Both the position numbers and the translations under genes were made by a program. A DNA stretch of 64,000 nt from a bacterium (GTDB lineage: Bacteria > Hydrothermota > Tepidihabitantia > Tepidihabitantales > Tepidihabitantaceae), in contig JAWOHE010000021.1 in assembly GCA_046485285.1 (NCBI GenBank), positions 994 through 64,993 on the forward strand, in the 5' to 3' direction. This document shows positions 55,732-61,303 of this stretch, one piece after another; the first letter of the stretch is position 1; every line of letters begins with the position of its first letter. Below the pieces are notes generated by a model. It made no database searches. It was not told the origin of the DNA and saw nothing but the letters and a program-made list of their open reading frames with translations.

Positions 55732-56793
55732 TCACTTGAGGGTAGTACGCTTACTCCGGACCTGCCGCCAGCGGGCGGCCGGGCCGCGGCCGCGGCAGAT
55801 CACTTCGCCGGACCTCTTCATCTCGGCCAGAACCAGCCGAATCCACTCGCGTCCTACGCCGGGACACGCCTGCTCGATGTCAGCCAGGCGGAACTCGCCG
55901 GCGCGAGCCCGAACGGCACGCAGTACGAGTTCACGCTTCGCGCCCCGCGGCGCCTGGACCTGTCCCACCCGCTCCTCGAACTCCCGATAGGCCGACTTCA
56001 GGGTGTAGAGCACGAAGTTGACGTAGTGCCAGGGGTTGTTTTTGCCCTGGTGCCAGCCCTCGGAACTCAGCTCCAGCGTCTCGTAGTAGCGGTCTTTGTT
56101 CTGCTCAACCAGTCGTTCCAGGCTGATGTACCGGCCGACCTCGTATCCGAGGTGATAACACTGAAGCAGCATGAGCAGCCGCGAGACCCGGCCGTTGCCG
56201 TCGCGGAACGGGTGGATGCACAGGAAGTCGAGGTTGAAACCGGCCAGGGCGATTACCGGATGAACCGTGCGTTCGCGACGCAGGTCTCGCCAGAGGTTGA
56301 CCATCTCTTTACTGTCGGCCGCGATCCTCTCCGGGGCGACGGTGCGGAACCGGACGCGCTCGCGCCCGTCCGCATAGCGCTGGATGATGTCGCAGGGTTT
56401 GGTACGGTACTTGCCGGCGTCCCATATCTGGCCGCGGGCCAGCCGGTGAAGACGCTTGATGACCGCTTCGGTGACCGCCAGTCGGCCGCCGCGTTCATGC
56501 ACGTCTTTGAGTGCGTCGCGGTAGCCGCGAACTTCTTCCTCATCGCGGTCACGCAGGAGCGAGCGGCCGATGATGACTGGTCGGATGCGGGCCGGGGCGA
56601 TGCTGACACCCTCGATGCGATTGGACGATACTGCACTCTCAATCAGTGCGTGCTCACGTAGAACCTTGAGTAGTTGCGGCGACTGGCGCGTGAACAGCTC
56701 CTGCCTGCCTTGCGACTTGTCGAGGTCGGCAAGATACCAGGCGGTGACTGCGGGGATAGACTCCAGACCGGCGGCAAACCGGCGCAGGGTCAC
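55732..56793 (-). CDS. Fic family protein (AMPylase-type), with N-terminal inhibitory-helix motif
   Basis: Fic core motif IHPFRDGNGRVSRLL (HxFx(D/E)GNGRxxR). N-terminal SNRIEG fits the (S/T)xxxE(G/N) auto-inhibition motif. The C-terminus is winged-helix-like. GTG start overlaps the stop of the hsdM fragment (GTGA). Confidence 0.88.
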   Translation of the reverse strand: MTLRRFAAGLESIPAVTAWYLADLDKSQGRQELFTRQSPQLLKVLREHALIESAVSSNRIEGVSIAPARIRPVIIGRSLLRDRDEEEVRGYRDALKDVHERGGRLAVTEAVIKRLHRLARGQIWDAGKYRTKPCDIIQRYADGRERVRFRTVAPERIAADSKEMVNLWRDLRRERTVHPVIALAGFNLDFLCIHPFRDGNGRVSRLLMLLQCYHLGYEVGRYISLERLVEQNKDRYYETLELSSEGWHQGKNNPWHYVNFVLYTLKSAYREFEERVGQVQAPRGAKRELVLRAVRARAGEFRLADIEQACPGVGREWIRLVLAEMKRSGEVICRGRGPAARWRQVRSKRTTLK

Positions 56794-57005
56794 TCCAGCA
56801 CCTCCTTCAGCAACCCTTCCGTCTCCTTCTCCAGCGCGAGGATGTCGGCGCGGATCTCTTCGAGCGTGCGCAGTTCCTGCGGCTTGTAGAAGTAGCGGTT
56901 GAAGCTGATTTCGTAGCCAATCTTGGTCTTGCTTTCGTCAATCCACGCATCCTTTGCGTACGGCAGCACCTCGCGCCGGATGAACGCCTCGACCCCGCCT
57001 TCCAC
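56790..57005 (-). pseudogene. 3'-terminal fragment of a type I R-M methyltransferase gene (hsdM)
   Basis: EGGVEAFIRREVLPYAKDAWIDESKTKIGYEISFNRYFYKPQELRTLEEIRADILALEKETEGLLKEVLE is the characteristic HsdM C-terminal tail. An in-frame TGA lies about 10 codons upstream of the GTG, and no methyltransferase core is present upstream. Confidence 0.7.
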
Positions 57006-57187
57006 CAGCAGGGGCTTGTGCGGCGCGCACCTCGTGCTTCTTGTGGACCCTCAGCGTTCCGAACAGGTGGACGAGCGAGTCCATCGTGTACGGGACCTGG
57101 CGCAGAACCTGCGCCCTGTCCGAGCCGCGAGAGTGACTTCCCATACAGAAGTAGTACCTAAAAGCCTCAGGATGTCAAAAGCGCCGC

Positions 57188-57345
57188 CCGTCATTTCGAC
57201 CGAAGTGGAGAAATCCCTTTCCGGCCCGCCAGGGCCGAAGTTTAAGGTTCCTGGTTCACAGTTCATCGTTCAGCGCTCCCCTCGTACCGGCCCATCTCCG
57301 CCGCTCGACCTCATCCTCTCCCCACTCGCCCATCCTCCCCGCGCC
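57188..57345 (+). repeat. Right copy (DR-R) of the composite non-coding repeat
   Basis: Direct-orientation partner of 52371-52532 (see DR-L). Contains the GTCATTTCGACC..GGAGAAATCCC unit, a 5x heptad array AGTTTAA-GGTTCCT-GGTTCAC-AGTTCAT-CGTTCAG (about 57240-57275) and the conserved tail. It ends 22 bp before the -35 box of the PLD-SNF2 operon. Confidence 0.8.
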
Positions 57346-57366
57346 CTCGGCATCGTCCTGCCCGCC

Positions 57367-57394
57367 TTGACTGCCGCCGCTCATCGTCTATTCT
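57367..57394 (+). promoter_or_regulatory. Sigma70-type promoter of the PLD-SNF2 / 4HB-Zn / MTase operon
   Basis: TTGACT (57367-57372), 16-nt spacer, TATTCT (57389-57394). 18 nt to ATG 57413 with no obvious Shine-Dalgarno sequence. Confidence 0.55.
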
Positions 57395-57412
57395 GGCGGA
57401 CCGCAGGGTACC

Positions 57413-60400
57413 ATGGCAGGCAAACTACCGACCATTATCGACAACCAGGGCGAAGTCACGCTCCGGGACGCCGTGGCACAGATCGCAGCCTCGACGAAGG
57501 AGCTCGACATCGCTACCGGGTTCTTCGAGCTGGGCGCGCTTCTCTCGCTCGACGGCGAATGGCAGCGCATCGGCAACGTTCGGATACTCCTCGGCGACCC
57601 GGCCAGCAGGAAAACGCGCCGCGAGTTGGTTGAGGCGTTCCGCCGCGGAAACGAAGATGCCATCGAGCAGTGCAAGGAACGGGACGACACGCTAACCGGC
57701 ATCGAAGCCGTCCGACAGGCACTCGACACCAGAAAGATTGCGGTTCGCGTCTACACCCGGGAGCGGTTCCACGCCAAGAGCTACATCTTCCACACCGAGC
57801 CGCCCAACCCGGTTGACTTCGCGGTCGTCGGCAGCAGCAACTTCACGCGGCCCGGGCTGGTCAAGAACGTCGAGCTCAACCTGCTGACCACCGACCAGGT
57901 CCACATCGAGAAGCTGAGCGAGTGGTTCGCCGGAATGTGGAACGACGCCGAGCAGCGCCTGCTCAACGAGGAAGCACTCGAAATCATCGCCCGCCATACC
58001 CGCGAGTACACTCCGTTCGAGGTCTACGCCAAAGCGCTCTACGAGTTCTTCGCCGGCAGGCAGAAGTCATCGGACGATTGGGAGCGGACCGAAAGCGCCG
58101 TCTACCCGCGCCTGTCCAAGTACCAGCAGGACGGCTATCACACGGCTCTGCGCATGGCCGAGAACTGGGGAGGAGCGCTCGTCTGCGACGGCGTCGGCCT
58201 CGGCAAGACCTACATCGGCCTGATGCTGCTGGAACGGCTCATCCACGACAAGAACCGGGTCCTGCTCATCGTGCCCAAGTCAGCCGAGGACAGCGTCTGG
58301 CTTCGACACATCCGCCCTTCGACAGCGAATCCCGACCCGATTCTCAAGCACCTGCACCGCTCCGTGTTTGGCCAGCTCTTCCGTGTCAAGCGTCACACCG
58401 ACTTCGGACGGCCCGGCACGATCCCCGAAGCCGAACTGCAGGAGCTTGAGCGGGACACCGACGCCATAATCGTCGATGAGGCCCATCACTTTCGGACTCC
58501 CTCGGCCTATCGCAGCAAGATGCTCAAGCGACTGGCGAAGGGAAAGCGGGTATTCCTGCTCACCGCCACGCCCATCAACAACCGCCTGCTTGACCTCTAC
58601 GAGCTCATCAGCTGCTTCGCGCCTGAGAAGGACCACTTCCGGAGCATCGCCATCCAGGACTACCGCCGGCTGTTCTCCAGACCCGACCGGCAGTTCGAGG
58701 AAGCCATCCGGCTCGGAGACTGGCGCGACCTGGCCGAGGTCGACAAGTTTCTGAGCGAGCAGCAGCTCTTCCGGCAGATCCTCATCCAGCGTAGCCGGCG
58801 CTACGTCAAGGAGTCCGAACAGGGCCGGGCCAACGCACCGATCTTCCCGGTGCGCCAGCGGCCGCGCGTCATCCGCTACTCCCTGCGGAAGGTGTACGCG
58901 ACCATCTATGACGAGATCAAGCAGGCGTTCGACCGCGAGGCGCCGTTCCTCAACCTCGCCCTCTACTGCACCGAGGCATACCGGAAGGGCGAGCCGGCCG
59001 AGAAGAAGCTCCTCGAACAGAAGCAGGTCGTCGGACTCATCCGGACGCTCCTGCTCAAGCGGCTGGAAAGCTCCTACAAGGCCTTTGAGGCGTCGGTCGA
59101 AGACCTGCTGGCAAAGATGGCCGAGTTCGTCCGCGCCTACGACCCCGACAAGTACGAAGGCTGGGTCAAAGCCAACGGCCGCTACTGGAGCCGCATCAAG
59201 GACCACCAGCACGCGCGGCTGGAGCTGTCCGACACCGAGGCCGAGGAAGAGGACCAGGAGGAAAATCTCCTGCCCGAGAGCCTGCAGATCGCGACGGCCG
59301 AGTACCATATGGACCGGCTCCTCGGCGACGTCATAGACGATATGAACGTCCTGCTCGAGTTCCTCGCCAAGATTGCGAAGCGGTTCTACACCACCGACGA
59401 CCGTGAGGACCCGGCGAGGGATGACAAGCTCCAGAAACTGCTCCTCCTGCTGACTTCGCCGCCCGACAAGGGCGAGCCGGACATCCGCGGCAGGAAGGTG
59501 GTCATCTTCTCCGAGTTCCGCGACACGGCCCGCTACCTGCTCCGGCAGCTCCGGGACGCTGGCCTGAAGGACGTCGAGGAAATGGACAGCACCCGGAAGA
59601 TGAACCGCGAGGAGGTCATCAAGCGGTTCGCGCCCCACTACAACTGCGAACCCGGTCAGGTCAGCGAGTACCTCGACAAGCCCATCAACATCCTGGTCTC
59701 GACCGACGTGCTCTCCGAGGGGCTCAACCTCCAGGACGCCTCGCTGATGGTCAACTACGACCTGCACTGGAACCCGGTGCGCCTGATGCAGCGCATCGGC
59801 CGCGTCGACCGGCGGATGGACGAGGCAATCGAGCGGCGGCTCAAGCGGCCGCGCCAGTTGGCCGGCAAGGTCTTCTTCTGGAACTTCCTGCCCCCGAAGG
59901 AACTCGAGGAGATCCTCGGGCTGTTCCGCCGCGTCACCGGCAAGGTACTTCGCATCAACGCCGCGCTCGGCATCGAGGGCGCTCTGCTCACGCCCGACGA
60001 CCCGGAGATGACGCTCAAGGAGTTCAACGAAGCCTACGAGGGCCGGGAAAGCGTCGAGGAGCAGATGCGACGCGAACTGGAGCGGGTCGAGCGGGAGCTG
60101 CCCGAGCTCTACGCGGAACTGGCCGACCTGCCGCGCCGGGTCTTCTCCGGCCGGGTAAGGGCGAGCCGAGTGCCGCTCAAGCCAGGGGTCTTCGCCGCCT
60201 ACCGAGTCTGGTCCGACCCGGATGCGAGGACATCCGACGTCCACTGGTACTACCGGGAACGCGGGAGCGGCGCCATCACCGAGGGCCTCGAGGAAATCTG
60301 GAAGACGGTGCGCTGCGAACAGGCCGAGCCGAGGGTGGTCAAGCTAGGCCCGAAGGGCCTGTCGCCGGAGCACGAGGCCATCGAAACCCACCGCGTCCGC

Positions 60401-60472
60401 AAGCTGATGCGCGACCGCGGCCTGCCGCTCTCGGTCAAGCCCGTGCTTGCCTGCTGGCTGGAGATTGCGTGA
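57413..60472 (+). CDS. PLD-nuclease-domain / SNF2-family helicase fusion protein
   Basis: 1019 aa. N-terminal HKD motif RFHAKSYIFH...FAVVGSSNFTRPGL. SNF2/DEAH core: CDGVGLGKTY (I), IIVDEAHHFR (II), FLLTATPINN (III), VSTDVLSEGLNLQ (V), DLHWNPVRLMQRIGRVDR (VI). Confidence 0.9.
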   Translation: MAGKLPTIIDNQGEVTLRDAVAQIAASTKELDIATGFFELGALLSLDGEWQRIGNVRILLGDPASRKTRRELVEAFRRGNEDAIEQCKERDDTLTGIEAVRQALDTRKIAVRVYTRERFHAKSYIFHTEPPNPVDFAVVGSSNFTRPGLVKNVELNLLTTDQVHIEKLSEWFAGMWNDAEQRLLNEEALEIIARHTREYTPFEVYAKALYEFFAGRQKSSDDWERTESAVYPRLSKYQQDGYHTALRMAENWGGALVCDGVGLGKTYIGLMLLERLIHDKNRVLLIVPKSAEDSVWLRHIRPSTANPDPILKHLHRSVFGQLFRVKRHTDFGRPGTIPEAELQELERDTDAIIVDEAHHFRTPSAYRSKMLKRLAKGKRVFLLTATPINNRLLDLYELISCFAPEKDHFRSIAIQDYRRLFSRPDRQFEEAIRLGDWRDLAEVDKFLSEQQLFRQILIQRSRRYVKESEQGRANAPIFPVRQRPRVIRYSLRKVYATIYDEIKQAFDREAPFLNLALYCTEAYRKGEPAEKKLLEQKQVVGLIRTLLLKRLESSYKAFEASVEDLLAKMAEFVRAYDPDKYEGWVKANGRYWSRIKDHQHARLELSDTEAEEEDQEENLLPESLQIATAEYHMDRLLGDVIDDMNVLLEFLAKIAKRFYTTDDREDPARDDKLQKLLLLLTSPPDKGEPDIRGRKVVIFSEFRDTARYLLRQLRDAGLKDVEEMDSTRKMNREEVIKRFAPHYNCEPGQVSEYLDKPINILVSTDVLSEGLNLQDASLMVNYDLHWNPVRLMQRIGRVDRRMDEAIERRLKRPRQLAGKVFFWNFLPPKELEEILGLFRRVTGKVLRINAALGIEGALLTPDDPEMTLKEFNEAYEGRESVEEQMRRELERVERELPELYAELADLPRRVFSGRVRASRVPLKPGVFAAYRVWSDPDARTSDVHWYYRERGSGAITEGLEEIWKTVRCEQAEPRVVKLGPKGLSPEHEAIETHRVRKLMRDRGLPLSVKPVLACWLEIA

Positions 60473-61299
60473 CCTCTGACCGATCGGTCGGACCCGGCCA
60501 ATCCGACCGATTGCCCGGCGTCAAGCGCCTCCGCCCATCCGGTGGCTACCGGCAGTTGCGGACCTTCCACGTCGCCACCGTCATCTACGACGCCACCGTC
60601 GCGTTCTGCGAGCGGTTCGTGGACCGGCAGAGCCGCACCCGGGACCAGATGGTGCAAGCCGCGCGCTCCGGCCGTCAGAACATCGCCGAGGGCAGTCGGG
60701 CCTCGGCCTCGTCCAGCCAGACCGAGCTCCGGCTGGTCAGCGTCGCCCGGGCCAGCCTCGACGAACTCCTTCTCGACTACGAAGACTTCCTGCGCCAGCG
60801 CGGCAAGCGCCAATGGGCCAAAGACGACCCCGAAGCCCGGGCGGTGCGGGAAGTCGGCAGGCGGCATCAGACCGATCGGTCAGATCGGACCGATCAGTCC
60901 GATTCCTCCCTTTACGCCCCTTGGCTCACCGCCGACGACCCGGCGGTCGTCGCCAACGCGGTCATCTGCCTGATTCACCAGGCCAACTACCTCCTCGACC
61001 GGCAGATTGCCGGGCTTGAGCGCGGCTTCGTCAAGGAGGGCGGCTACAGCGAGCAACTCGCCGCGGCCCGCATCGCCGAGCGGGCAAAGCATCAGTCCGA
61101 TCGGTCGGATCGGACCGATCGGTCCGATTCCTCTCCTTCCGCCCCGTTCTGCCCCCTCTGCGGCAGGCCAATGGCCCTGCGCACGGCCCGGAGAGGCGCA
61201 CTGCCCGGCTCGCAGTTCTGGGGCTGTACCGGCTACCCCGACTGCCGCAAGACACTGCCATTAGACGGATCAGTCGGATCCGACCGCTCCGTCCGATAA
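60469..61299 (+). CDS. Four-helix-bundle (23S rRNA-intervening-sequence protein family) protein fused to a topoisomerase-type C4 zinc ribbon
   Basis: GTG overlaps the upstream TGA (GTGA). YRQLRTFHVATVIYDATVAFCERF...MVQAARSGRQNIAEGS...ARASLDELLLDYEDFL is the 4HB family. ICLIHQANYLLDRQIAGLERGFVKEGGYSEQL is the suffix region. CPLCGRPMALRTARRGALPGSQFWGCTGYPDC is the zinc ribbon. Domains are separated by S/D/R/T-rich linkers. Confidence 0.8.
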   Translation: MTSDRSVGPGQSDRLPGVKRLRPSGGYRQLRTFHVATVIYDATVAFCERFVDRQSRTRDQMVQAARSGRQNIAEGSRASASSSQTELRLVSVARASLDELLLDYEDFLRQRGKRQWAKDDPEARAVREVGRRHQTDRSDRTDQSDSSLYAPWLTADDPAVVANAVICLIHQANYLLDRQIAGLERGFVKEGGYSEQLAAARIAERAKHQSDRSDRTDRSDSSPSAPFCPLCGRPMALRTARRGALPGSQFWGCTGYPDCRKTLPLDGSVGSDRSVR

Positions 61300-61303
61300 C
61301 GTA

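Noticed and set aside
60868-61133. CRISPR-like appearance of the repeated CGATCGG-rich segments
   Set aside because: There are only 2-4 degenerate copies with irregular spacing of about 190-390 bp. The intervening sequence encodes recognisable protein domains in one continuous ORF, and no cas genes are present.
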